64,000 nucleotides of DNA from Faecalibacterium sp. CAG:1138 (GTDB lineage: Bacteria; Bacillota; Clostridia; Christensenellales; CAG-917), in contig HF988640.1 of NCBI GenBank assembly GCA_000434675.1, positions 29,937 to 93,936 on the forward strand, written 5' to 3'. Below the pieces are notes generated by a model. That model made no database searches. It was not told where the DNA came from and worked only from the letters and a program-made list of their open reading frames with translations. The stretch's first letter is position 1. The number at the start of each line of letters is the position of its first letter. Positions 1-9,490 of this stretch are shown one piece after another. The position numbers were made by a program, and so were the translations under genes.

Positions 1-2
1 GG

Positions 3-1220
3 GTGGTATGTTTTGCGATAAGCCTTTCGTACCGGCTGAAATTGCGGTATATTCTGCCGGAATTACTTTGTACGGTATGCGCGGTTCTGACATTTTGCTT
101 TTTGGCGGACGGCATCAGGATTCGGGATTTCGGCGAAAACCGAAGCGACTTTTCGGGTTCGTTTTGTTTTTTGCCCGCGTGGTGCGTTGTTACGGCGGCT
201 TTTTTACTGCTTGCGTCGGTCTGTTTGTGCCTGGCGCTCGTCATAAAAAAGCGGTTGTCGTCTCTTACCGCTATGTCCGTCAAAGACGCGATTTCCGTAT
301 TGCCCGCAGGGCTGTGCTTTTACGACGAAACGGGGCGGCTGCTTTTAACGAACGGAAAAATAGGCGACGAATGCAGAGAAATTATGGGAATGCCGCTTTC
401 GGACGGCGCGGCGTTCTGGTCGGCTATGTGCGAAGGCAAAGTAGCGGATGGTATCGTTTGCAGCCGGGAAGGCGATTCGGTGCTCGTCGAGAAAAAAGAC
501 GGGAGGGCATGTTGTTACAAGCGGATCAACCATATTTTAGACGGCAAGACCGTTTACGAGTTGTCCGGTTCGGACATCAGCCGTGAATTCGCGCTGAAAA
601 AGAAAGTCGAAGAACAGAACGAGGAACTCAGGAAAATGAACGTAAGACTCCGCAAGTACGGCGAAACGGTAACCGAGGTGACCAAAGAGCGGGAAACGCT
701 TGCGGCGCGGGTGAAGGTGCACGACGGTATGGGTTCTCTGATTCTGAAAACCAAAAGATCGCTTTTGCAGGGGGAAGGCGACAAAGAGGCGTTGATACGC
801 GAATGGAACGGCGTCGTTTCGCTTGTTTCCTCGCCCGAAACGGAAGAGGACAGGGCGGAAGAAATTAAAAAAACGGCGGAAAGCGTAGGCGTGAAAATAT
901 TGTACACGGGCGTGCGCCCGCCGAAAGGGAGCGTCGCCGAAAAAATTCTTTCAAACGCCGTGTTCGAGTGTATCACCAACACCGCAAGGCACGCAGACGG
1001 CGACGAACTTTATATAACGGTATCGGACGACGGGGCGTTTTTTACGGCAAGAATCGGTAATAACGGCAGAGCGCCGCAAGCGGAGATCGCAGAGGGAGGA
1101 GGACTTTCCTCTTTGCGTAGAATGGCGGAAATGGCGGGCGGTAGCATGAAAACGGAAAGTTTTCCGCGGTTTCTGCTTTCCGTGAGTATTCCGAAAGGAG
1201 AAAAAGAAGATGAGCGATAA
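3..1220 (+). CDS. Sensor histidine kinase, HisKA_3 (NarX/DegS-like) class; possibly 5'-truncated by the window edge
   Basis: 405-aa ORF with N-terminal hydrophobic helices. H-box-like 'VKVHDGMGSLIL' and HATPase_c-like motifs ('NTARHADG', 'GGGLSSLRRMAEMAGG'). Overlaps the downstream LuxR-type response regulator by 11 nt. Confidence 0.8.
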   Translation: MVCFAISLSYRLKLRYILPELLCTVCAVLTFCFLADGIRIRDFGENRSDFSGSFCFLPAWCVVTAAFLLLASVCLCLALVIKKRLSSLTAMSVKDAISVLPAGLCFYDETGRLLLTNGKIGDECREIMGMPLSDGAAFWSAMCEGKVADGIVCSREGDSVLVEKKDGRACCYKRINHILDGKTVYELSGSDISREFALKKKVEEQNEELRKMNVRLRKYGETVTEVTKERETLAARVKVHDGMGSLILKTKRSLLQGEGDKEALIREWNGVVSLVSSPETEEDRAEEIKKTAESVGVKILYTGVRPPKGSVAEKILSNAVFECITNTARHADGDELYITVSDDGAFFTARIGNNGRAPQAEIAEGGGLSSLRRMAEMAGGSMKTESFPRFLLSVSIPKGEKEDER

Positions 1221-1857
1221 AATAAACGTGATGATCGTGGAAGATCAGGCGATGCCGCGGCAACTTTTCGAGGCGATTATAAAGATGCAACCTAAATTTA
1301 ATCTTACCGTATCCATCGACAACGCCGCCATTGCGGACATCTGCTGCGCAAGGCACGCCGTAGACCTTGTGCTGATGGACGTGGTAACCAAAAACGGGGC
1401 GAGCGGTCTCGTCGCGGCGGAAAAAATAAAGGCGCAAAATGAAAAAGTAAAAATAATCATCGTTACGAGTATGCCCGAATGTTCTTACGTGGAACGGGCG
1501 AAAAAGATCGGCGTAGAGGGGTTCTGGTACAAAGATTTCAGCGTAGAACCGATTTTAACGATTATCGAACGCGTGCTGAGCGGCGAATCCGTTTATCCCG
1601 ACGACGTGCCGGAAATTCAGCTCGGTCTTGCCAAAAGCGGCGAGCTGACGGCGAGAGAGCTTGAAATTCTGCGCGAGATGACGGGCGGATTTACGAATGC
1701 GGAAATTGCGGAAAAACTCGGCATTTCGGAAAAGCGGGTGCGCAATCACGTTGCCAATATGCTTGAAAAAACGGGATTCAGAAGCCGCACCGAACTTGCC
1801 GTGCGCGCAAGAGAGGCGGGAATCGTCATACTTGACAGAACGGAGGACGACGTCTGA
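1210..1857 (+). CDS. Response regulator, NarL/LuxR family (REC + GerE-type HTH)
   Basis: 215 aa. Receiver motifs ('VMIVEDQ', 'DLVLMDV', 'IIIVTS') plus C-terminal HTH 'LTARELEILREMTGGFTNAEIAEKLGISEKRVRNHVANMLEKTG'. Confidence 0.9.
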   Translation: MSDKINVMIVEDQAMPRQLFEAIIKMQPKFNLTVSIDNAAIADICCARHAVDLVLMDVVTKNGASGLVAAEKIKAQNEKVKIIIVTSMPECSYVERAKKIGVEGFWYKDFSVEPILTIIERVLSGESVYPDDVPEIQLGLAKSGELTARELEILREMTGGFTNAEIAEKLGISEKRVRNHVANMLEKTGFRSRTELAVRAREAGIVILDRTEDDV

Positions 1858-1905
1858 AAGGGCAAAAATCAAGCGGAGCGATATATCCGTTTTGCAAAGC
1901 AAAAA

Positions 1906-1933
1906 ATCGACTGCGATTTGCGGTCGATTTTTC
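1906..1933 (+). terminator. Rho-independent terminator after the two-component operon
   Basis: Hairpin ATCGACTGC-loop-GCGGTCGAT followed by TTTTT. Confidence 0.6.
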
Positions 1934-2088
1934 TTATATCCGAGCGTTTTTTCAAAATAATCTTCAAAAGGGGGTCATTTGACACTCCCCGCGCAAAAAG
2001 AAAAGTTATAAAATAATATAAACCAACTTATACGGCTTGCAATCGTCCGTCCCCGCGCGGTGACGTCTCAAGCCATGGAGAAAGAAGA

Positions 2089-2472
2089 ATGAAAAAAGTA
2101 ATCGTCGCAATTCAGAATACGCTCGTTTGCGAAGCGGTGACGGGCGCATTGCAAAAGGCGGGCTTTTTTGTGGAAAAATCGCTTTCGCAAGATCCCGACA
2201 AGATTGCGGCTGCATGCGAAACGTTTTTTGCGGACGTGCTTTTGATGGACGCGGGGCGCGCAAGGGACAAGTCTTTCGATCGCCGTATGGAGACGATCCT
2301 GCGTTCAAAAAAGGAAGATCCGTCTTTGAAGGCGGGGCTTTTGTGTGACAACGTTTCCGATCCCGAAATTGCTCAAAGAGTGAAGCGGGCGATGGAAACG
2401 GGGCTGATCGACATTTTCTTTTACGAGTCCGTGCAGACGGACTATCTTTGCGACGTAGTGGACTCGCTGTGA
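2089..2472 (+). CDS. Stand-alone receiver-like (probable pseudo-receiver) protein
   Basis: 127 aa with REC-like beta-alpha periodicity and an 'LLMD' Asp. The N-terminal acidic pair is absent ('VAIQN') and there is no clear conserved Lys. A GGAG-type RBS lies upstream. Confidence 0.55.
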   Translation: MKKVIVAIQNTLVCEAVTGALQKAGFFVEKSLSQDPDKIAAACETFFADVLLMDAGRARDKSFDRRMETILRSKKEDPSLKAGLLCDNVSDPEIAQRVKRAMETGLIDIFFYESVQTDYLCDVVDSL

Positions 2473-2545
2473 GCAAAGATTGACGAAACGATTTTGACGG
2501 GTGGCAATCGCCCCCTAAAAAATAAAAATAATAGGAGATTGTCTT

Positions 2546-3721
2546 ATGAAAAAAACAATCAGAATGATTTTGAGCCTTGTGCTCGTGCTCGTTTTGGGAG
2601 CGGCTTTGCTCGTTGCGTGCAACAACAAAGGCGGAGAAGAGCCCGAAACGCATACTTATTCAACAACCTGGTCGCACGACGCAAGCGAGCATTGGCATCA
2701 ATGCACGCAGGACGGTCATACGGACGTTGCGGACAAAGCGGCGCATACGTATGACAACGACGCGGACACGACCTGCAACGTGTGCGGATACGAAAGACCT
2801 GCGCACGATCACGCGGCAACCGCCTGGTCGAGCGACGCAACGTATCACTGGCACGATTGCACCGTGAGCGGTTGCGGCGAGCAATTCGACAAAGCGGAGC
2901 ACGTTTGGGACGAAGGCACCGTCACAACGCCCGCCACCTTTACGAGCGACGGCGAGAAGACCTACACCTGCACCGTCTGCCAGAAGACGAAAAAGGAAAC
3001 CGTCACCATGGAGTATATCGACGTCAACTTCGTGAAATCGGATGCCGAAGTGCAGACGAAAGTCAGATTTACCGTGGCCGCGTCAGGCACCTATTACTTC
3101 CGCTACGAAGTGCAGGACTGCGGTTTTGCCAACGGCTACTATTGGATCAATATGAAGAAGGTTGACGGCACTCTGCAACAGACCGATACCAACCATGCGC
3201 AAGCAAAGATTTACGACGCAAACAAACAACTTGTCAAAGAAGGCCTTCAAACGCAAGCGGCAGGTCAATTTATGGCGGTGTGCGATGAAGACGACGCGCA
3301 AACCCGCAAAGGATTGATGGACAACGGCGTCAAATATCTTGAAATGCCTTTCGTCACTCCGGGCGAGTACGAGATGATCGTCACACACTTTGCCGAAATC
3401 GACTTTACTGCTCTCGATTACAGTGACGGAAGCTTCTCGAAAACAAACGTAACGTTGTGGGACAACTCTTACAAATATTACTCGATTACGTTGACGGATG
3501 AAATGCTGGCGGGCGGCTACTACGGTACTGATTTGCAACTCAATGCGTCTCCCGCAACCGGTCTGACCTGGCAATTTGTTGACGCAGACGGCAACCCTGT
3601 CGAAAAGAAAGATGGCGACACCGACACCTATTACAGCACACCTGCGGCAGGAACGTATTATATCGTCATCTATTCCGCAACCAAGCAAACGGGAGTGACG
3701 GTCAGCGCAAGTCTTTGCTGA
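2546..3721 (+). CDS. Lipoprotein with two His/Cys-rich 'HWHxC...CxVCG' modules plus a beta-rich C-terminal domain
   Basis: Signal peptide with lipobox 'LLVAC'. RBS AGGAG upstream. Modules 'SEHWHQCTQDGH...TTCNVCGY' and 'TYHWHDCTVSGCG...YTCTVCQ'. Confidence 0.75.
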   Translation: MKKTIRMILSLVLVLVLGAALLVACNNKGGEEPETHTYSTTWSHDASEHWHQCTQDGHTDVADKAAHTYDNDADTTCNVCGYERPAHDHAATAWSSDATYHWHDCTVSGCGEQFDKAEHVWDEGTVTTPATFTSDGEKTYTCTVCQKTKKETVTMEYIDVNFVKSDAEVQTKVRFTVAASGTYYFRYEVQDCGFANGYYWINMKKVDGTLQQTDTNHAQAKIYDANKQLVKEGLQTQAAGQFMAVCDEDDAQTRKGLMDNGVKYLEMPFVTPGEYEMIVTHFAEIDFTALDYSDGSFSKTNVTLWDNSYKYYSITLTDEMLAGGYYGTDLQLNASPATGLTWQFVDADGNPVEKKDGDTDTYYSTPAAGTYYIVIYSATKQTGVTVSASLC

Positions 3722-3830
3722 CGGAACGAAACGATTTGCAAACAGAATTGATAAAAACGACAAAACTTTATAATCTGCGCAAACGCCCGAATAGGCGTTT
3801 GCGTATACATTTTTGCGGGAGGATAGAAAT

Positions 3831-5648
3831 ATGAAAATTCGCACTCGATGGATATTTACAATTATTCTGTGTTTGCTTATAGCTATTCCGTTAGCGGCAT
3901 GCGACGTTTCGACCGCCACACCGAGCGGCACGCTCGAAAGCCAAAACGGCGTTACGATTGAAGGAACGTTCGAGGACGGCGCGGCGTTAGAGGCGGTGGA
4001 AGTGGTAGGCGAGGATAAAATTCTTGCGCTTCAATCGATTGCCGAAGAAAAGTACGATACAGACGGGGAAGTTTACGTTTACGATATTTCTGTCGTCAAG
4101 GACGGCGCAAAGGTACAGCCGAGCGGCAAAGTGAAAGTGACCGTCTCCGTGCCTGATATCGACACAAGCAAAACGTATACGGTATATCATGTCAAGGACG
4201 ACGGCGCGGTGGAAAAAATCAAACCCGCCGTGCAAAACGGAACGGTGTCGTTCGAAACCGAGAGTTTTTCCTGTTTCATTATCGCGCCGGATGAAGAATC
4301 AGGCGGCGAAACAGAACAACCCAAAAAGCAAGTGAATGTCAGTATCAATATTCTCCCTTTGGCGGAATGCGGCATGCTGAAAGTCAACGGCACGCTGTAC
4401 GAAAACGCGGCAAGCTATAAAACCACGCACACCGAGGGCGAAAGAATCACCGTGGAAGCGATTGCGACAAGCGGACATCACTTTGGTTTCTGGGGTGAGG
4501 ACGAAGTGCTTTCACGCGAACCTGTGTATGAGTTTACCGTAGGTGCGGAAAATATCAGTTTTGCGGCAAACTTCACGGGACACGACGTGCAGTATTCGGA
4601 AATCACCGACGACGCACACACGGAAAAGTGCAAATTCGGCGATTATACGGCAACCGTGGCGCACACGTTTGCAGATGAAAAAATCATTACCGAAGCCACT
4701 TGTCAGCACGCGGGCGAGAAAGAACTTTCCTGCGTTTGCGGAAAGACCAAAACCGAAGAAATCCCCATTACCGATCACGACTATCAGGACGGTGTCTGCT
4801 CTATGTGCGGCAAAACGCAGACTTACGTCCGCGTCAACGCCAACGGCGTGGCAAACCCCAACGGCGCGTATATAAAAATGGGCAAGACCTATTGCGAACA
4901 GGTAAAAGACGGCAATCTTGAAAACGCGCTTATGGAAAAAGCCGGCAGTCCATATTTAACGCTTGAAAACTGGACTCCGTTCGACTTCGGCAACGGCGAC
5001 AGCGGCGAAAACGCAACCACGTATTATTGCGACGTCGAATACAACGGTCTTAATTACCGCGGCGTTTATATCAAAGATTATCGTAAGGACAACGACAGCG
5101 CTCAAACGACGAACAGCCGCTACTGGACGGGTACCTATTGGTTTGAACAGCGCACCGCCATGTGGGAAATCGTGAAGATAGAGGACGGCAAAGCCTATCT
5201 CGTCAGTAAGGAAATCTGGATCAGTCAGCGCTTCGCCGAGTCGGACGAAGGGGAACTCACCTACGAAAACAGTTGGATTCGTGCTTGGCTGAAAAACACT
5301 TGGATAAACGAATTGTTTACACCTGCGCAACAAGCGATTTTGCAAGGTAATGAAAATTGCTTCGGCGATAAAATATTTTTGCCGAGTTCGAGCGAAATAA
5401 GCATCAACGCACCCAAACCGTTCGGGCTTTACAAATATCCGTTCTGTCTGGGCGCATATAAGGAAGTTCTGCAAGGCTACGGCGACAATTATTGTCCGTA
5501 TTGGCTGCGTGACGGAGTGGAAAAAGGCACGGACGGCAAAAACTACGTTACTTGCGTAACTTCCAAACCGCCGTTCGACCAAACTACTAAGTATCTTGCA
5601 ACAAAGACGTTTGTAGGCGTTGTGCCTGCAATCATCATCGAGTTGTAA
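3831..5648 (+). CDS. Lipoprotein with a B-repeat-like segment, a degenerate His/Cys module and a DUF6273-like C-terminal domain
   Basis: Start chosen at ATG 3831, after RBS GGGAGG. Lipobox 'IPLAAC'. 'SGHHFGFWGED' resembles a Listeria-Bacteroides repeat. C-terminal pattern 'WIRAWLKN...DKIFLPSSSE...YWLRDG' is typical of DUF6273-type domains (recalled, not searched). Confidence 0.7.
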   Translation: MKIRTRWIFTIILCLLIAIPLAACDVSTATPSGTLESQNGVTIEGTFEDGAALEAVEVVGEDKILALQSIAEEKYDTDGEVYVYDISVVKDGAKVQPSGKVKVTVSVPDIDTSKTYTVYHVKDDGAVEKIKPAVQNGTVSFETESFSCFIIAPDEESGGETEQPKKQVNVSINILPLAECGMLKVNGTLYENAASYKTTHTEGERITVEAIATSGHHFGFWGEDEVLSREPVYEFTVGAENISFAANFTGHDVQYSEITDDAHTEKCKFGDYTATVAHTFADEKIITEATCQHAGEKELSCVCGKTKTEEIPITDHDYQDGVCSMCGKTQTYVRVNANGVANPNGAYIKMGKTYCEQVKDGNLENALMEKAGSPYLTLENWTPFDFGNGDSGENATTYYCDVEYNGLNYRGVYIKDYRKDNDSAQTTNSRYWTGTYWFEQRTAMWEIVKIEDGKAYLVSKEIWISQRFAESDEGELTYENSWIRAWLKNTWINELFTPAQQAILQGNENCFGDKIFLPSSSEISINAPKPFGLYKYPFCLGAYKEVLQGYGDNYCPYWLRDGVEKGTDGKNYVTCVTSKPPFDQTTKYLATKTFVGVVPAIIIEL

Positions 5649-5717
5649 GGGCGTGAATACGGAAACAGGCAGAAACAAACTTTGAAAAACAATAACAAAA
5701 CATATAGGAGTAAAAAT

Positions 5718-8700
5718 ATGAATACAAAATCAGCAAAACACTTATGTGCGGGATTGATTATGTTCGTCATAATGATTGCGTGCATAGCAATCGGTGCGAT
5801 TTGTATGCCCACCGTTGCGTATGCGGATTCGGCAAACCCTTATCTGCAAGTCAGTTGCAATGAAGCAAGCAAATCAGGCGAGGGTTGGAATTGGCAACAA
5901 GAAGCGGGCAACGGCACGCTCACGCTTAACAACTACAACGGGCAGGAAATTTCAATCGGCGGCGTTAACAACGGCAAAGTGGACGTCGTGCTTGTCGGCG
6001 ACAACAAAATCACCGTCACCGCGCCGTACGGAAACATGGCGTTCAATACATACAACGTTTCTACACTAACGTTCAAGGGGAGCGGTTCACTCACCATAGA
6101 CTTTCAGCGTACCGCAACGGAACAGGCGTATATGCGCGGCATCTACATGGACGGCAACGCAAGTTCTACAAACAACGGCAATCTGATGTTTGACGAAAGT
6201 TGCACGGTGACTGTAAAAGTGTATGGCACTGTGGCGGAAAAAAACGGTTCGGTTGACGCAATCTATATTCGTAATGATAGAACCGGTTCGGGAAACGTGA
6301 CCGTAGGCGAGAACGCCACGCTCAATATCGACCTGAAGTGTGACAAACCGTATCAGACTTACGGCATTTTCGCCAAAGGCAACGTTGTTCTCAACGGCAC
6401 GGTTGATATCAAAATGGAATATACGGGCTCGGGTGCGGCTAACAACACGTGGAAAGACGTATTTACGTATGCTTCGTACCCAGACTGCTCGATCGGAACG
6501 AATGCAAAAATCACTTCCGTATGCCCCGGAAGTTCGGGCTCGTCGCTGACCGCGTTTCCACTTGTTGCCAACGGCGCTGAAAGGATTTCTTCCTGGACGA
6601 AAGTGGTGACGGACGAACAATATTTTGAAAATGACGATTGTCTCGTTCACGTTTGGGATCATTGCGCCGACAACATCTCCTTCAAAAATTATTCTTACGA
6701 AAAACTCGCCGCACCGCTTACATTGGAAGACAAAGCGGAGTATGACGTTCCAGCCACCGTTTACGGCGGTGACGTTGCCTATTCTTCGATTGCGCTTTCG
6801 GCAAGCGGTGGTAGCGGAGAATACACTTTCTCCATCGTGAGCGCGGCAGACGGAAATAAAAACGGCGTCGGTATTTCTTCAAACGAATCCGATTTGAATA
6901 AAATATACGTCGCTCCAAACCTCAGAGGCGTAAGCGAAGCCACGGAAATCACCGTCAAGGTGACGGACAAAGGCGGATACTCCAAGACCATCACCGTAAA
7001 TATCGGAGCGGTTGCCGCGCCTACATACAGCGCAACCGTAGATAACGTTGATTTCGGCACGGTGAGAGTGGGATATTCTCCGGTCACGCAAGTTCCCTTA
7101 CGCGTTGCCAACACGGGAACGGGAAAAATCAACTGCATCCTTGATTCCATTACTCTCGAAGGGGAAAATGCAAGTGCTTTCACGTTAGGTTTTTATTCCA
7201 ACCCCTATTCTATCGGAGTGGGCAAAGAGAATACTGCGGCGTGGAGCGTAAAACCCAAAAGCGATTTGCCCGTGGGCAGTTATACCGCTACGATAAAGTT
7301 CAGCGGAACACCCGAATATTCACAGTACGGTGGATCAAGCGTTGAGGCAACCGCAACCGTTACGTTTGTCGTAACCGAACACGATTTCGACACTTCCACG
7401 TGGGAACATGATGAGAATACGCACTGGAATCCATGCAAAGATGCGGGATGCGCAGTCCACGGCAACGAAGCCGCGCACGACACCGAGGGTGAGTTGAAAA
7501 ATGCCACCGCAGCCACTTTTGACACGGACGGATACACCGGCGACAAATACTGCTCGGTGTGCGGTGCCTTGGCAGAAGAAGGCACGGTGATCCCCGCAGG
7601 CAAGTACATCAGAGTGAGTCAGGCAACCATGACTCCCGCCGCAATCACGGACAAATTGACGGCAAACGACCTTGTCTTTGCGTCGCTTGACCCGTCCAAA
7701 TACACGGTTGCGCTCTGGCGCGTGTTCGATCTCACGGATAACGCTTTGAACACCGCCAGCGGACAATATCCCAAAGACAGCAAATTTATTGCAAATCACG
7801 AGTATGCGATAGAAATCGCATTTACCGCCGTAGGTTCTTACGAATACGAGGAAATGTACGCTACGCACTTCTCTACGTTTACGGTAAACGGACAGCCGAC
7901 GCAAATTTCAACAGTTTCTTCTCTTGCAGGTTCAAAATATAGAAGAATTACGCTTACGGCGGCAGATACGACAATTCCCGTAACGGTTACCGACGTGCAG
8001 ATTTCGTTTTCCGAACTCAACGTGGAAAGAGGCGGCAGTTATACGTTTACGGCAACGGTGAACGGTACGGGCGCATTTGATAATTCGGTTATTTGGAGTG
8101 TAGAGGGCGCTGATAGCTCTACGATAAGCGTGGGCGGCATATTGAGCGTTACGGCAAACGAAAGCTCGTCCACGATTACCGTAAAGGCAACGTCCAAACA
8201 GGATAGTACGAAGTATGCGACGAAAACTGTTACAGTCAGATCGCTTATAACCGTCAGCCAAAAGGGTGTGGAAACGCAATACAAGGTTGTTGCAGGCGGA
8301 AAAATAAATTTAACGGCGGCAACGGCGGCAAGCGGTTATCACTTCAAAGAATGGCAGGTATCGGGTGCGGGAACGTTTGCAGATAAAACTGCGCAAAAGA
8401 CCGAGTTTACCGTTCCAAACGAAAACGTAACGATTACGTCGGTTTACGAATTGCATACGGCGAATGGTGAGGGTTGGTTGACTGATTCGACAAAGCATTA
8501 TCACGTTTGCTCTTGCGGTACGGAAATCGACGCAGCTCCGCATACTTTCGGAGAATGGACGGTAATAAAGCCCGCCACCGAAGATGAAAAAGGTTCGCGC
8601 GAGCGTTCGTGTTCGGTATGCAGTTATAAACAGACGGAAGAAATAGACAAACTTCCCCATACGCACAATCCTGCATCGGCGTGGACTAATGATGCTACGG

Positions 8701-9461
8701 GACATTGGCACGCTTGCTCTGGCTGTAACGAAAAACTTGACTTTGCGGCGCATACGCCTGACCGTGCGGAGGCAACCGAAACCGAACCTGTAAAATGTTC
8801 CGTATGCGGATACGTCATTACGCCTGCGCTCGGTCATACGACGCATACACCGGAAGAAAATTGGCGTTACGATGAAAACAACCATTGGCACAAATGCGAT
8901 GGCTGTTCGGAACAACTTGACAAAGCTACGCATACATACGGCGATTGGACGGTAACGAAACAGCCCACCGCAACGGAAAGCGGAGAGAAAGAGCGTACTT
9001 GTTCTGTATGCGGTTACAAACAGATCGAAACAGTACCTATGACGGGTGAATCCGAAAAAGTTGCAATAACCGTTACGGGCGGCAACGGCGGCGGTAGCTA
9101 CAATGTGGGTGACACGGTTACTGTAACGGCGAACGCCCCCGAAGAAGGGAAGACCTTTAAGGGATGGAGAGACGCGAACGGCAATATCGTCAGCACGGAT
9201 GTCACCTATACCTTCACCGTCACGGGCGAAGTATCGCTCACGGCGGTTTATGAGGACATCAACGCGGGCGGCGGCGAGCAACCCGGCGGCGGGCAACCCG
9301 GTGGCGAACAATCCGAAAAGACGGGACTTTCGGGCGGACAGATTGCAGGAATCGTAATCGGTTCGGTGCTGCTTGCGGGAATCGGCGGATTTGCAATCTT
9401 CTGGTTTGCAGTCAAGAAAAAGAAGTTCGCCGACCTGATTGCATTGTTTAAGAAGAAATAA
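5718..9461 (+). CDS. Very large surface protein: N-terminal signal, beta-helix-like N-region, Ig-like domains, 4 His/Cys modules, B-repeats, Gly/Pro linker and C-terminal TM anchor
   Basis: Start at ATG 5718, after RBS AGGAG. Signal/TM 'LCAGLIMFVIMIACIAIGAICMPTVAYA'. Four 'HW(H/N)xC...CSVCGY' modules. 'GYHFKEWQ' and 'GKTFKGWRD' repeats. C-terminal 'IAGIVIGSVLLAGIGGFAIFWFAVKKKK'. Confidence 0.8.
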   Translation: MNTKSAKHLCAGLIMFVIMIACIAIGAICMPTVAYADSANPYLQVSCNEASKSGEGWNWQQEAGNGTLTLNNYNGQEISIGGVNNGKVDVVLVGDNKITVTAPYGNMAFNTYNVSTLTFKGSGSLTIDFQRTATEQAYMRGIYMDGNASSTNNGNLMFDESCTVTVKVYGTVAEKNGSVDAIYIRNDRTGSGNVTVGENATLNIDLKCDKPYQTYGIFAKGNVVLNGTVDIKMEYTGSGAANNTWKDVFTYASYPDCSIGTNAKITSVCPGSSGSSLTAFPLVANGAERISSWTKVVTDEQYFENDDCLVHVWDHCADNISFKNYSYEKLAAPLTLEDKAEYDVPATVYGGDVAYSSIALSASGGSGEYTFSIVSAADGNKNGVGISSNESDLNKIYVAPNLRGVSEATEITVKVTDKGGYSKTITVNIGAVAAPTYSATVDNVDFGTVRVGYSPVTQVPLRVANTGTGKINCILDSITLEGENASAFTLGFYSNPYSIGVGKENTAAWSVKPKSDLPVGSYTATIKFSGTPEYSQYGGSSVEATATVTFVVTEHDFDTSTWEHDENTHWNPCKDAGCAVHGNEAAHDTEGELKNATAATFDTDGYTGDKYCSVCGALAEEGTVIPAGKYIRVSQATMTPAAITDKLTANDLVFASLDPSKYTVALWRVFDLTDNALNTASGQYPKDSKFIANHEYAIEIAFTAVGSYEYEEMYATHFSTFTVNGQPTQISTVSSLAGSKYRRITLTAADTTIPVTVTDVQISFSELNVERGGSYTFTATVNGTGAFDNSVIWSVEGADSSTISVGGILSVTANESSSTITVKATSKQDSTKYATKTVTVRSLITVSQKGVETQYKVVAGGKINLTAATAASGYHFKEWQVSGAGTFADKTAQKTEFTVPNENVTITSVYELHTANGEGWLTDSTKHYHVCSCGTEIDAAPHTFGEWTVIKPATEDEKGSRERSCSVCSYKQTEEIDKLPHTHNPASAWTNDATGHWHACSGCNEKLDFAAHTPDRAEATETEPVKCSVCGYVITPALGHTTHTPEENWRYDENNHWHKCDGCSEQLDKATHTYGDWTVTKQPTATESGEKERTCSVCGYKQIETVPMTGESEKVAITVTGGNGGGSYNVGDTVTVTANAPEEGKTFKGWRDANGNIVSTDVTYTFTVTGEVSLTAVYEDINAGGGEQPGGGQPGGEQSEKTGLSGGQIAGIVIGSVLLAGIGGFAIFWFAVKKKKFADLIALFKKK

Positions 9462-9463
9462 CC

Positions 9464-9490
9464 GGCATTAAACAATAGGCATTAAACAAT
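9464..9490. repeat. Tandem direct repeat GGCATTAAACAAT x2, separated by one A
   Basis: Exact 13-nt copies at 9464-9476 and 9478-9490, 3 nt after the stop of the large surface-protein gene and before a CCCCTTGCC/GGCAAGGGG hairpin. Confidence 0.9.
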
